A stretch of DNA of 64,000 nucleotides from Deltaproteobacteria bacterium (GCA_052390235.1 JBQTHB010000004.1:70986-134985), one strand, 5' to 3'; numbered from the stretch's first letter, positions 1-9,757 are shown. Notes: generated by a model from the sequence alone, not told the origin. A program made the numbers and translations.

Positions 1-1
1 C

Positions 2-553
2 GAGATGCCGATACGAGAAACCTCCCCGACAAATCCCGTCTCGCCATACGGGGTTACCAAGCTCGCCGCCGAACACCTCTCTACGCTCTACTCGAAGGGC
101 TATGGAGTACCCGCAGTCTCGCTTCGGTACTTTACGGTCTATGGCCCGAGACAGCGCCCCGACATGGGATTTCATAAATTTATAAGCCGCATCGTCCGAG
201 GCGAGGAGCTTGAAATCTTCGGCGACGGAAGCCAAACACGCGATTTCACCTACGTTGACGACGCAGTGGAGGCGAACATTCGCGCATTTCATAACGGCAA
301 AAACGGCGAGAGCTATAACATAGGCGGCGGGAGTAGAATCAACCTCCTCGACACAATACGAATTATTGAAGAGGTATCAGACAGGAGGGCGCGTTTGAAG
401 TTCGTCGCCCCGCAGCGCGGGGACGCCAAGCACACATTCGCCGACGTAACCAAAGCGGCGAGGGATTTTGGCTATGCCCCGAAAGTCGCCACTTCCGAAG
501 GTTTACGCAGGCACTGGGAGTGGCTGAGGGACAACATCGGCATTTATTCATAA
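2..553 (+). CDS. NAD-dependent epimerase/dehydratase (UDP-sugar 4-epimerase family), 5'-truncated by window edge
   Basis: Extended-SDR motifs SPYGVTK (YxxxK), LRYFTVYGPRQRPD and GDGSQTRDFTYVDD. The N-terminal GxxGxxG is missing because the frame runs off the window. Confidence 0.9.
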   Translation, partial: EMPIRETSPTNPVSPYGVTKLAAEHLSTLYSKGYGVPAVSLRYFTVYGPRQRPDMGFHKFISRIVRGEELEIFGDGSQTRDFTYVDDAVEANIRAFHNGKNGESYNIGGGSRINLLDTIRIIEEVSDRRARLKFVAPQRGDAKHTFADVTKAARDFGYAPKVATSEGLRRHWEWLRDNIGIYS

Positions 554-612
554 ATACTCTCAGCGCGCGCTCGCCATCTGCCGAGCTGGAAAAAATACCC
601 CGGAGGCGCGGA

Positions 613-780
613 ATGCCATTGGATGAAAAACTGCTAAAAATAATTGTCTGCCCGAAATGCAAGGGGAAAATCCGCCTCGGCGCGGACGGCTCCTGGCTCA
701 TTTGCGATAGCTGCGGGATTAAATTCCCCGTCAAAGACGGCATCCCGATACTCATGGCTGAGGAATCTGAAGAGATTTAA
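613..780 (+). CDS. Trm112/YcaR-family small zinc-binding protein
   Basis: MPLDEKLLKIIVCPKCKG...LICDSCGIKFPVKDGIPILM matches the Trm112 pattern; GGAGG SD precedes ATG 613. Confidence 0.88.
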   Translation: MPLDEKLLKIIVCPKCKGKIRLGADGSWLICDSCGIKFPVKDGIPILMAEESEEI

Positions 781-794
781 GCTCACACGGGACT

Positions 795-970
795 ATCATC
801 CCCACCCCGATTCTCTGCCGCAAGGATGCCTCGCCCTGAGCCTGCCCGCGGCGAAAAACCCATCAATAAAATTCCTCACTGCGTTTGGAATGACACGGTG
901 CCTGCGCCGAGAATTGGACAGATTCCGCGCCCCTTCAATTCATCCTGAGCGTAGTCGAATGACGGGATTC
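795..970. repeat. Degenerate REP-like palindromic repeat remnants
   Basis: Contains ATTCCTCACTGCGTTTGGAATGAC and TCATCCTGAGCGTAGTCGAA, resembling the GTCAT...AATGAC-bounded intergenic repeats seen elsewhere in the window. Confidence 0.45.
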
Positions 971-1097
971 CCCAATCAGTCAATATGCCGGTAATGGCTA
1001 AAAGTAACTTAGAGGGGGGCATTAGAGCGGGAGAAGGAGGGGATCGCTCCCCCCCATCCCGATGAAATTTTGAGCCGCGCTTATATGTGTCCGATTC

Positions 1098-1970
1098 CTA
1101 CGAGCGGAGGGCGTCTCTGAGGGTTTCGCCCATTTCGGCGGGGCTTGGGCAGACCCTTACCCCCGCGCTCTCAAGGGCGTCTCTCTTGTCGGATGCGCTG
1201 CCGGAACTGCCGGAAATTATCGCTCCGGCGTGTCCCATGCGCTTGCCCTTGGGGGCTGTTGCTCCGGCAATGAACGCGACTACGGGCTTTGTCATATTGT
1301 TTTTGATAAAGACGGCGGCTTCTTCCTCCGCGCTCCCGCCGATTTCGCCTATCATGATGACGGCGTCGGTGTCTCTATCCTTTTCAAAGAGGTCTAAAAC
1401 GTCAATAAACGTCGTGCCGATAACGGGGTCTCCGCCGATGCCGACGCACGAGGACTGTCCGATGCCGAGGTTTGAGAGTTGCCACACGGCTTCGTAGGTG
1501 AGCGTGCCGCTACGGGAGATGATGCCCACTCTCCCCGGCGTGTGGATGTATCCGGGCATGATGCCCACCTTTGCCTGCCCCGGACTCATCACTCCCGGAC
1601 AGTTGGGCCCAACGAGCCTCGCTTTCCTGCTTTTCATGAATTCCTTGACCTTGAGCATATCAACAGTCGGTATCCCCTCGGTGATGCAGATGACAAGCTC
1701 CACTCCGGCGTCAGCGGCTTCCATTATGGCGTCCATGGCGAAGGGGGCGGGAACAAATATAAGCGATGTGTTCGCTCCGGCTTCCTTGACCGACTCCAAA
1801 ACGCTGTTGAACACGGGGAATCCCTCAATTTGAGAGCCGCCCTTGCCCGGAGTTACGCCTCCTACGACATTTGTTCCGTATTCTCGGCACTGAGTGGCGT
1901 GGAAAAGCCCGGCGCTTCCCGTGATGCCCTGAACTACGACTCTGGTGTTTTTGTCAACCAAAATGCTCAT
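1098..1970 (-). CDS. sucD: Succinyl-CoA synthetase alpha subunit
   Basis: [35 protein letters not shown] and the phospho-His motif MGHAGA. Confidence 0.98.
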   Translation of the reverse strand: MSILVDKNTRVVVQGITGSAGLFHATQCREYGTNVVGGVTPGKGGSQIEGFPVFNSVLESVKEAGANTSLIFVPAPFAMDAIMEAADAGVELVICITEGIPTVDMLKVKEFMKSRKARLVGPNCPGVMSPGQAKVGIMPGYIHTPGRVGIISRSGTLTYEAVWQLSNLGIGQSSCVGIGGDPVIGTTFIDVLDLFEKDRDTDAVIMIGEIGGSAEEEAAVFIKNNMTKPVVAFIAGATAPKGKRMGHAGAIISGSSGSASDKRDALESAGVRVCPSPAEMGETLRDALRS

Positions 1971-2019
1971 TGAACGGACGCTCCTTGTTATCTGATTTCG
2001 GCGAATTAAATCGGCTTGG

Positions 2020-2047
2020 AATATAACACAAACCGCCGAGGTTTCAA
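2020..2047 (-). promoter_or_regulatory. Putative sigma70 promoter of sucD
   Basis: Minus strand TTGAAA-N16-TATATT with extended -10 TG; AAGGAG SD before the ATG. Confidence 0.5.
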
Positions 2048-2054
2048 CCTCCCG

Positions 2055-5000
2055 TCATGAACCCGAAGGCTCGTCCCCCTCAAGCACGGTCTTAAGGTCG
2101 AACCAGTGAGTCCCCACAAAACGTAGCCGGAATTCACTCTTCTCGAGTCTAACCTGAATCTCGACGGATGAATCTGTGTCGGCCGCGTCTCTGCTGCTGA
2201 TTCTGCGCCTAAGTGTCTCATCTCCGGTTTCCCGCGCATGTTTGTACATGGCGGCGCAAAGCGGGCAGAGCGCGAGCCGGTTCTGAGGGTAGTGTTTCGT
2301 CAATTCCCTCACGCACTGCACTGCCTCGAAGTAGTACTCCTCTCCTCCGTTGACTTTAACTTTAAAGGGCATTTCACCGTGGCAGCATTGGCAGACGAGT
2401 TCTTCATCGGAGTTTGTATATTTAGCGCGGAGATATGTTTTGGCTTCAGCGATCACGGTGTCTGTCCCAGGAATGATACTCCGTTCGCACTTAACGCTCT
2501 GTCTGTCGGGCGCGTCTTCACTTTCCTCCAGCACAGCCTTGCGGCGGCGTTCGGGGTCCTTGACAGACTCCTCTGGGAGCGAGGCTTTTTGGTGGTTCGC
2601 GAGTATTTCATCCGGCGAAATTCCTGCCTCTCTAACCTGCCTCCATTTATCCAATTCCTCGGCAGAACCAAAGCCATTTTCCTCAGCCCACGCATCTTTG
2701 CGGACGTATTCCTCGCTGCGCTTCTTAGCGCGCTCTGCGAAGCCGATGGCGGTCAAAAGCCCGTTGCGGTCGTCATAGGGGAAATCGGTACGGAGGCTGT
2801 CTTTTGTCATGTCCTGGGCGCCGCAAAATTCCCCCGACTTATTCGGTATCCATTCGGCGCGCCCCTTCAAGTGGCACACGAGTTGGGAGTCTGCCTCGCG
2901 GATTGAGTATTTGCTATTCAGACGATAACGGGCTTTTGCGTGTCTCGTCTCGGCTTTGATTAGGGCATTCCAAACAAGACGACTAGCTGTAACCGACTCT
3001 GCCATTAAGTATTGCTCAAGGTTCGGTATTGTGTAATCCTCATCAGTACAGTGTTTCGGCATCATGCCTCCCTGATTTAACGAGGGCCAGGTTGGATTCT
3101 TATGGAATGACGCTTTCTCTACCTTTAATTCGCACATCACCCCTAGCGCCTTGAGAAAAGCAATAAAATCATTCATCTGAGGCTGAGAAAGTTTTTCCTT
3201 GTAGCGGCTCCAAACGGGTAATTTACCGTGAATCGGAGTTAATTCTGCAAGTCCGGTTGCCTCGAGAGGTTCATCCAAGCACACATCTTTCGGCATTTGC
3301 CACGAGGGTTTATCATCGCGTATAAATGAGTAGGATTTAAATAGCTCCGCGTCCGCCGGATTTTTCCTCCAGTAGGCTGTGAATTTGCCTAAGTCGTCGA
3401 AGTGGCTATCTTTCACCTCTTTAGTCAGGTTGCCCTTGTAATTTTTCCTCAATATTTGCCGAATAGCCTCCCTCTCATTGTAGGGTTTTACCCCCAGCCG
3501 CACCAAAAAAGCCTTAGCGTTTTTCTCTCGTTCGCCTCCCTGCCCCGCGCTATAGACCTCGGGTTTCACAAAGCGCACATTCGCGGGCTTGGTTCTCTCC
3601 GACGCCGCATCTGCATCGGCGGGGAAGAACGCTTTATGCGCCGCCACCTGCTCGTCCTGACCGTCATCCGCCGCTACCCGAACGATTGGGTACTCTGGCA
3701 TATTCACCTTTTCTTTATGCTCATAAGAATCCTCTAGCAGGGCATAGAAACGCATGAGCCAAGAATCATCTTTCCCCACAATCCACTTTTCGATTCGCCT
3801 TCTATGCTTGGCGTTCTCATTTTTCTTCTCCTTCTCGTAGTTGTAAAAGCTGGGTGATGGGTGAGGCTTACTCACGGCTTGGGCAAGCTCGGCAAAGCTC
3901 CATTCTCTAATTTCCAGGCTATCGAGGAATTTATCCTCCCGCTGACTCTTCTGCGGCGCGTTGGCAACCCAAAGCGGCGGGGCAGATTTAGTGAAAAACG
4001 ATAAATCTACATCGTCTATGACATTTGCAATCGCAACCGCGCCCCTGTAAAGACCTTTAGCCGGGGCATATCCCCCGCTTTTTGTCGGGGTGAGTGCTTG
4101 TTCTTTAAACGCATTAGCTATCCTCTTGTGAATCCCCTCGTAAAAATCGGCGAGGGGGTCGTCTCTATTTGGCATGACGGCTAGAAAGCTCATAGTGAGC
4201 ATTCCCACATCACGAATATACGAGAGCGATTCCACGATAAGCTCCGCGATGCCGTCTCTGAGTTTTTTGTTAGGCTCGCAGTCCCGCACGCTGTCCCGCG
4301 CTACGGTCGAGGCGAAGGGGGCGTGAATGTGAAATCTCAGGTTTGAAGTTTCTTTCTCCGCCGGAAAGTAGATGGACACCTGTCCGGGGCTAAGAGGGGT
4401 GATTCTCCAGCGCGATTTGCTCTTTTTATCGTCGTTTTGCGCGAGGCTGTAGGCGATGGCAACGCGGCAGGGTTTTCCCGCTCCGTCTTCGTCCACGACA
4501 TCAATGTTTTTTTGGAAGCGTAGCCAATCCGAGTGTCTATTACCGCTCTGGATATTAATATGCCCGGCTTCGCGCTCAACCCTCTTCTGGTAGCCTCGGG
4601 CGCCTCCGGGAAGCGAGTATTTAATTTCCTCAATATTGCTCAAAAAAAGAAGCGTATTCTCGCCAAGGGAGGTAAGCGCGCTCTCTATTTCCCTGACTGC
4701 TTGCTCCTTTTTCATCGTGGGATGATTAAAAGGGAATACGAATTTTGTCATCCGCGCGCTCATAGAAGCGCTTGATTCAATCTCCTGCGGCACAACTAAA
4801 TCTCGGATACGGAAATGAAACTCCCCTGAATGGATTTCGGGAGTGTCCGTATAGGCGAATACTGCTTTAAATCCAACCCCAAACTTGCCGATATTGGTAT
4901 TATCATCTCGCTTGGCGCTTCCCCCTATGCTGGTAATAGACTCAACGTCTGCGAGAGTAAAAAGGCGGCTTCCGTTATGCTCAAATTCGATTCTATCCTC

Positions 5001-5189
5001 AAGCAGAGAGAACATCACCCATGTTGCCTGCGCGTCCTCGGCGTTTTGCAGAAGCTCGTAAATAAAATGAGCGTTGTCCGGGTAGAGGTCTGTTAAAAGA
5101 TTCTTAATACCGTCTTCAAACTTATTCTTTCTATTGATTCTAACCCAATCCTCCCGTATTTCAGTCAGCACTTGAAATTCCGGTGTCAT
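2055..5189 (-). CDS. Sacsin/NOV-like GHKL ATPase with C-terminal degenerate HNH-like zinc domain (putative defence protein)
   Basis: N-terminal HFIYELLQNAEDA, EHNG and NIGKFGVGFKAVF motifs; C-terminal CQCC...YFEAV...NRLALCPLC. Confidence 0.85.
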   Translation of the reverse strand: MTPEFQVLTEIREDWVRINRKNKFEDGIKNLLTDLYPDNAHFIYELLQNAEDAQATWVMFSLLEDRIEFEHNGSRLFTLADVESITSIGGSAKRDDNTNIGKFGVGFKAVFAYTDTPEIHSGEFHFRIRDLVVPQEIESSASMSARMTKFVFPFNHPTMKKEQAVREIESALTSLGENTLLFLSNIEEIKYSLPGGARGYQKRVEREAGHINIQSGNRHSDWLRFQKNIDVVDEDGAGKPCRVAIAYSLAQNDDKKSKSRWRITPLSPGQVSIYFPAEKETSNLRFHIHAPFASTVARDSVRDCEPNKKLRDGIAELIVESLSYIRDVGMLTMSFLAVMPNRDDPLADFYEGIHKRIANAFKEQALTPTKSGGYAPAKGLYRGAVAIANVIDDVDLSFFTKSAPPLWVANAPQKSQREDKFLDSLEIREWSFAELAQAVSKPHPSPSFYNYEKEKKNENAKHRRRIEKWIVGKDDSWLMRFYALLEDSYEHKEKVNMPEYPIVRVAADDGQDEQVAAHKAFFPADADAASERTKPANVRFVKPEVYSAGQGGEREKNAKAFLVRLGVKPYNEREAIRQILRKNYKGNLTKEVKDSHFDDLGKFTAYWRKNPADAELFKSYSFIRDDKPSWQMPKDVCLDEPLEATGLAELTPIHGKLPVWSRYKEKLSQPQMNDFIAFLKALGVMCELKVEKASFHKNPTWPSLNQGGMMPKHCTDEDYTIPNLEQYLMAESVTASRLVWNALIKAETRHAKARYRLNSKYSIREADSQLVCHLKGRAEWIPNKSGEFCGAQDMTKDSLRTDFPYDDRNGLLTAIGFAERAKKRSEEYVRKDAWAEENGFGSAEELDKWRQVREAGISPDEILANHQKASLPEESVKDPERRRKAVLEESEDAPDRQSVKCERSIIPGTDTVIAEAKTYLRAKYTNSDEELVCQCCHGEMPFKVKVNGGEEYYFEAVQCVRELTKHYPQNRLALCPLCAAMYKHARETGDETLRRRISSRDAADTDSSVEIQVRLEKSEFRLRFVGTHWFDLKTVLEGDEPSGS

Positions 5190-8100
5190 TTTCCCTCTCC
5201 TGAGTGTATTTCGATGATTCCATAAGCAATGGTATCGGCTAATATATCCGCTCTTTCCGAGTATGCGTTTAAGCTCTCTATGCGGCGGTTGTAGTCGGCA
5301 TTAGCGTTGTCTATTTGAGACTGCCGCATTCTTTTAATCTTCTCGTTATCCGCGCCACTGAGCCGTTCATCGAGAAGGGCAATGCGCGCCCGATGGCTGA
5401 TAGCGAGGCTCTCTTTTTGATACTTCGCCAACTCGCGGTTGTGATTCCGGTGTTTGTCTCGCGCTTCAGACCAGAGCCTCTGATGCTCGGACTCCAAATA
5501 ATTGACAATGCGCATGGAATCCTCGGATGCCCTACTGCTCTCGGCGTCGGTTGCATTTTCTAACAGGCGGGTGAGATGCTCGGTGATGGCGGGCGATGAG
5601 GCTACGGGGCGCAAAATCACGTCCTCGCGAATTCCCTTCATACGCCACAGATATACGGCAAATTCGTATCTCCCCGCAGGAACGCCGCTCGATACCGCTT
5701 TGAGCGTGGTGAAGTATTTCCTATTTGAGTGGAATCCTGCGGCGGCTTGCTTTACCAAGGGGTGAAGAGCGGTTATGAATGCGGCTTTGGGATTTTCGAC
5801 GGCGCATTTGGATTCAAAGGTAATGGGGAGATGAGCGACGCTTCCCCTAAGCCACTTTTCCCATTCCCGAAAAGCGCTGTTATTTCCCTTTGAAAGGAGG
5901 TTAAAGTCGCTTAAAAGGGCGTTCTTTGCCTCTTGCGATAATCGGAGGGTTTTCAGCGGATTTTCGCCGAGAATAAATCCCTGCTCAGCGCCGCATGACT
6001 TCTGCAGATATAGCGTAGCGAGCCTCTGGAGTGAATTCGCAGACACCCAAAAGCTCGATGCGTCTTCGACCTCTCTTTTCATGCGGTCTTCGGGCAGTCG
6101 GATGCCGAATAGCTCCATCTGCCGCCGCTCGAGTTGCTCCTGCTCGTTTCTGAGTCTGATTTTGTTATCCGCCAGTTGCTCGAATTTTTCCTGTCGTTCT
6201 TCCGGGCTCAGCGCAAAATTCTCTGCAATATTGCGGATTTCTCTTGTAATTTCCCCTAAAATCTCCTCGCTTCCCCCCAATGCCCTGTTAAACACACCTA
6301 TGCGCAGAAGGCATCTTTCGTAAATGTCTGCGTCAACCGTGCCGGGGGTGATTAGGTTAATAATGGCAATGCTCTGGCTCTTTTGCCCATTTCTGTCTAT
6401 TCTCCCGATTCTCTGCTCGATACGCATAGGATTCCAAGGCAGGTCATAGTTCACAATGCAGTCGCAAAACTGGTAATCCAAACCCTCGCACCCAATTTCC
6501 GAGAACAGTAGGACATCTAGGCTGTCGCGCTCCTCTCTGGCGTTCGCAAAACGCTCTCTGATGGCGACGCGCTCTTCATCGGGCGTTCCACCGTGTATCA
6601 TGCCGACGCGAAATCCGTCCGACATAAGATTCCTGTAGATATAGCCCAGAGTATGTCGAAAACAGCTAAAGAGCATAATCTTATTGTTAGCTAGCCTCTG
6701 CTTTTCTCTAATAAACTTTCGCACGGCATCGAGTTTAGCGTCATCAGAGCCTAGAGATTTTGACATTTCCAGAATCATCTCAATTTGACGTCGTATGGAG
6801 TCAATAGCACCGCTTGAGGGGGCGGGGTCTGCGCCGCCTGCTTCCTCCCATTCGAGTTCATCAATGCGGCGTGTCAGGATTCCTTCGAGGAAAGGGGCAA
6901 GTCCGTGGAGACAGCTCGCCGCTTGGCGTCTTATTGTGGTCATCATAAAATTGATGTTTACATCCTCGCGGAGGCGGCTCAGTATCTCGGCCTGTGTTCT
7001 GAGAATCATATCGTGTATATTCCGATGCAAATGAGTTAATGGAACTTCAATCGTCTCAGGCCTTCGCACGGTAAAATCCCCAATATCCTTACGCCGGGTT
7101 CTGCTCATAAGCGTGTTCAGCGTGTGCATGGATTCCAAGTCGTCTATTATCTGCACACGCTCTTCATTTGATATATTCCCTTGAGAAAGTCTGTGTCGTA
7201 TCCGAATGAGGCTCGGATGACGGCTCAAAAAAGCTCTGCCCCAATACGTGCTTTCTGCCTCTTTGAGCATCTCGTCTGTTTCGCAGAACCACTGCGGTTT
7301 TTGCCCCCGCGCCGCCGCTACGGCTCTATTAATAAACTCGTTCGGCTCGGTTATTTTCGAGAAACTCTCCGAATCAATTATTAAATCGGGACGCAGTACA
7401 TTGAGCAAAACAAAAAGGTCATTTCTCCCTAGCTGAATCGGCGTAGCTGTTAAAAAAATAGCGGCTTCGGCATAGTCGCAGAAAAACCTGACCCCCTCGT
7501 GGCTATAAGTGTTCTGGTTGCGTATGTGGTGCGCTTCGTCAACTATGACTAGGTCAAATCGCGGGGGCGGGTCAGTGTACAATAGTCCCCCTTTTCCACG
7601 TTTGCGCTTTTTATCTGGTTCCGGGCCATGAAGAAGCCTCTCATCTAGCAGAGAGTAGGGGAGAATCACTTTTGAATACTGCTCTGGCCAAGCGCCGTCC
7701 TTATTCAATTCGCTTATGCAGTATCTCAGTGTTTCGCCGTCGAGATGAGTAAATTGTTCATCGAAGCGTTTCATCTCGTTCATCCACTTGCTCTCGGTTA
7801 TCAACGGGCGCGGGCATATAATTAAAACGGAGCGGATTTCCCCTCTTGCCTGCAATTCCCGTAGAATCAGCCCAGCTTCGATGGTTTTCCCCACTCCCAC
7901 GTCATCGGCGATGAGCAGGCGCGGGCGGTCTGCTGTGATGAATTTCAGCGCCGGTCTGAATTGATAGGGAATAAAATCAATGCGGGCAGAGTTGAGCGAA
8001 AATAGGGTTGATAGGCCGGGATATTTAATCTGAAGCGCGGATAGATAGGCGTGAAATTGCTCGCGCGGCAGAGACTCAATTCCCTCGGCTTGTTCCATAA

Positions 8101-8227
8101 TTAATTGAGATGCGTAGTATGTGTGTATTTCCCGGTTTATAAAAACCTCGATGCGATTCTCAGGCTCGCTCGGTATGATTTTTAGCACGGCGCCGCGGCT
8201 TTGCGGCTCTGATTTTATCTGAACCAT
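5186..8227 (-). CDS. SNF2-family (RapA/HepA/DrmD-like) helicase/translocase; true start may be ATT at 8266
   Basis: LIADDVGVGKTIEAG (Walker A), VIVDEAHH, LTATP, EGLDYQ and NYDLPWNPMRIEQRIGRIDRNGQ. Its stop overlaps the downstream start (ATGA, 5186-5189). Confidence 0.93.
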   Translation of the reverse strand: MVQIKSEPQSRGAVLKIIPSEPENRIEVFINREIHTYYASQLIMEQAEGIESLPREQFHAYLSALQIKYPGLSTLFSLNSARIDFIPYQFRPALKFITADRPRLLIADDVGVGKTIEAGLILRELQARGEIRSVLIICPRPLITESKWMNEMKRFDEQFTHLDGETLRYCISELNKDGAWPEQYSKVILPYSLLDERLLHGPEPDKKRKRGKGGLLYTDPPPRFDLVIVDEAHHIRNQNTYSHEGVRFFCDYAEAAIFLTATPIQLGRNDLFVLLNVLRPDLIIDSESFSKITEPNEFINRAVAAARGQKPQWFCETDEMLKEAESTYWGRAFLSRHPSLIRIRHRLSQGNISNEERVQIIDDLESMHTLNTLMSRTRRKDIGDFTVRRPETIEVPLTHLHRNIHDMILRTQAEILSRLREDVNINFMMTTIRRQAASCLHGLAPFLEGILTRRIDELEWEEAGGADPAPSSGAIDSIRRQIEMILEMSKSLGSDDAKLDAVRKFIREKQRLANNKIMLFSCFRHTLGYIYRNLMSDGFRVGMIHGGTPDEERVAIRERFANAREERDSLDVLLFSEIGCEGLDYQFCDCIVNYDLPWNPMRIEQRIGRIDRNGQKSQSIAIINLITPGTVDADIYERCLLRIGVFNRALGGSEEILGEITREIRNIAENFALSPEERQEKFEQLADNKIRLRNEQEQLERRQMELFGIRLPEDRMKREVEDASSFWVSANSLQRLATLYLQKSCGAEQGFILGENPLKTLRLSQEAKNALLSDFNLLSKGNNSAFREWEKWLRGSVAHLPITFESKCAVENPKAAFITALHPLVKQAAAGFHSNRKYFTTLKAVSSGVPAGRYEFAVYLWRMKGIREDVILRPVASSPAITEHLTRLLENATDAESSRASEDSMRIVNYLESEHQRLWSEARDKHRNHNRELAKYQKESLAISHRARIALLDERLSGADNEKIKRMRQSQIDNANADYNRRIESLNAYSERADILADTIAYGIIEIHSGEGK

Positions 8228-8460
8228 TTGACCCGGTTTGAACTCCGCGCTGTCTCTGCTGGAAATGTTATTTCTCCTCGGCGGCAGAAAATTTTTTATT
8301 TCTCGCTCAAAACTAGCCGCCGTCCCAATTCCTCTTCAATATATCCTAATAAATAATTGCAATAATAATTCATTTTCCCTCTTATCTCAATTTGTAATTC
8401 GCCATCCCGCCGCGGCGCGCTTTTCCTGCCAGTTTTCTCAATGTATAATCCCCTCCTACT

Positions 8461-9744
8461 GTGAGAATCATCAAAATCAATAGCGAGAGTCTGGAGAGAA
8501 AACTCAAGGGCGTCAGAGCCGGCGGCGTAGCCTGGGATTTGGCGCTTGAGAAGGCTGTCGCCGAAATAGTTCAGTCCGTAAGAAAAAACGGAGACGCCGC
8601 GCTTTTTAAATTCACCAAGAAATTCGATAAAATCCCGCTTTCGCCCAATACGGTTAGGGTTTCCCGCGAGGAGTTTCAAAAAGCCGACGCCGAAACCCCG
8701 GATGAGATAAAATCCGCTCTCTGCCTTGCCGCCGAGAGAATCCGCCTATTTCACGAGCGCAAAATGCCTCAGGAGGGGAGCTTTGCCGACTCCCTTGGCA
8801 ACGAACTCGGCTGGCTCATACGCCCTATTGAGCGCGTCGGGATTTACGCCCCCGGAGGTAAGGCGGCTTACCCCTCGACAGTTCTAATGACCGCGATTCC
8901 GGCAAGGGTCGCCGGGGTTCAGCAGGTCGTTCTCGCCACCCCTTGCTTCAGGGGCGAGTTGAACTGCGCTGTGCTGACGGCCGCCTCCATTGCCGGAGTG
9001 GACGAGGTCTATAAAATCGGAGGCGCTCAGGCTGTGGCGGCGCTCGCCTACGGGACAAAGTCGGTGCCAAGGGTAGATAAAATCGTTGGACCCGGCAACA
9101 TTTACGTTACGATAGCAAAGAAGCTCGTCTTCGGCGCGGTGAATATTGACATGATTGCGGGACCTAGCGAGGTACTCATTATTGCCGATGGAAGCTCGCC
9201 CGCCTCGTGGATAGCGGCAGACCTCCTCGCCCAAGCCGAACACGACGAGATGGCGGCGCCGGTTCTGGTAACGACGTCCGAGAGATTCGCCAAGCAGGTC
9301 AGGGCGGAAACGCTCAGGCAGCTGCGCGCGCTGCCGAGAAGAGAAATCGCCGAGGTTGCCGTGAGGAATCAAGGGAGGATTTTTATCGTTGATGGGCTTG
9401 CCGCCGCCGTAGAGGTGGCCAACGCCTTTGCTCCAGAGCATCTAGAACTGTGCGTCGAGAACCCGAAGGCTCTGCTTCCGAATATCCGCCACGCGGGGGC
9501 GATTTTTCTCGGCTCCATGTCCACCGAGGCGTTTGGAGACTACGTTGCAGGGCCTAGCCACGTGCTTCCCACGGGCGGAGCGGCGAGGTTTTCATCCCCT
9601 CTTAGCGTCTATGATTTTTTGCGGATGCCAAGCGTAATCTCAATATCTGAGGGCGGATTCCGCGAGCTTCGAGACTCGGTAATAGCGCTTGCCTACGAAG
9701 AGAAGCTCGAAGCGCACGCCCTGTCGGTCAAGGCGAGGGGCTGA
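8461..9744 (+). CDS. hisD: Histidinol dehydrogenase
   Basis: GIYAPGGKAAYPS, GGAQAVAALAYGT, VGPGNIYV, AGPSE, QAEHD, APEHLEL and GDYVAGPSHVLPT motifs. Confidence 0.98.
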   Translation: MRIIKINSESLERKLKGVRAGGVAWDLALEKAVAEIVQSVRKNGDAALFKFTKKFDKIPLSPNTVRVSREEFQKADAETPDEIKSALCLAAERIRLFHERKMPQEGSFADSLGNELGWLIRPIERVGIYAPGGKAAYPSTVLMTAIPARVAGVQQVVLATPCFRGELNCAVLTAASIAGVDEVYKIGGAQAVAALAYGTKSVPRVDKIVGPGNIYVTIAKKLVFGAVNIDMIAGPSEVLIIADGSSPASWIAADLLAQAEHDEMAAPVLVTTSERFAKQVRAETLRQLRALPRREIAEVAVRNQGRIFIVDGLAAAVEVANAFAPEHLELCVENPKALLPNIRHAGAIFLGSMSTEAFGDYVAGPSHVLPTGGAARFSSPLSVYDFLRMPSVISISEGGFRELRDSVIALAYEEKLEAHALSVKARG

Positions 9745-9757
9745 GTAAATTACCCTG

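Noticed and set aside
644..994. 116-aa ORF after the Trm112 gene
   Set aside because: Overlaps Trm112 out of frame and reads through REP-like remnants; no recognisable motifs.
2033..8284. 9-bp inverted repeat CCGCCGAGG (2033-2041) / CCTCGGCGG (8276-8284) flanking the SNF2-sacsin cassette
   Set aside because: Short and GC-rich, so plausible by chance. No transposase or target-site duplication seen, and one copy overlaps the SD while the other lies in the sucD promoter spacer.
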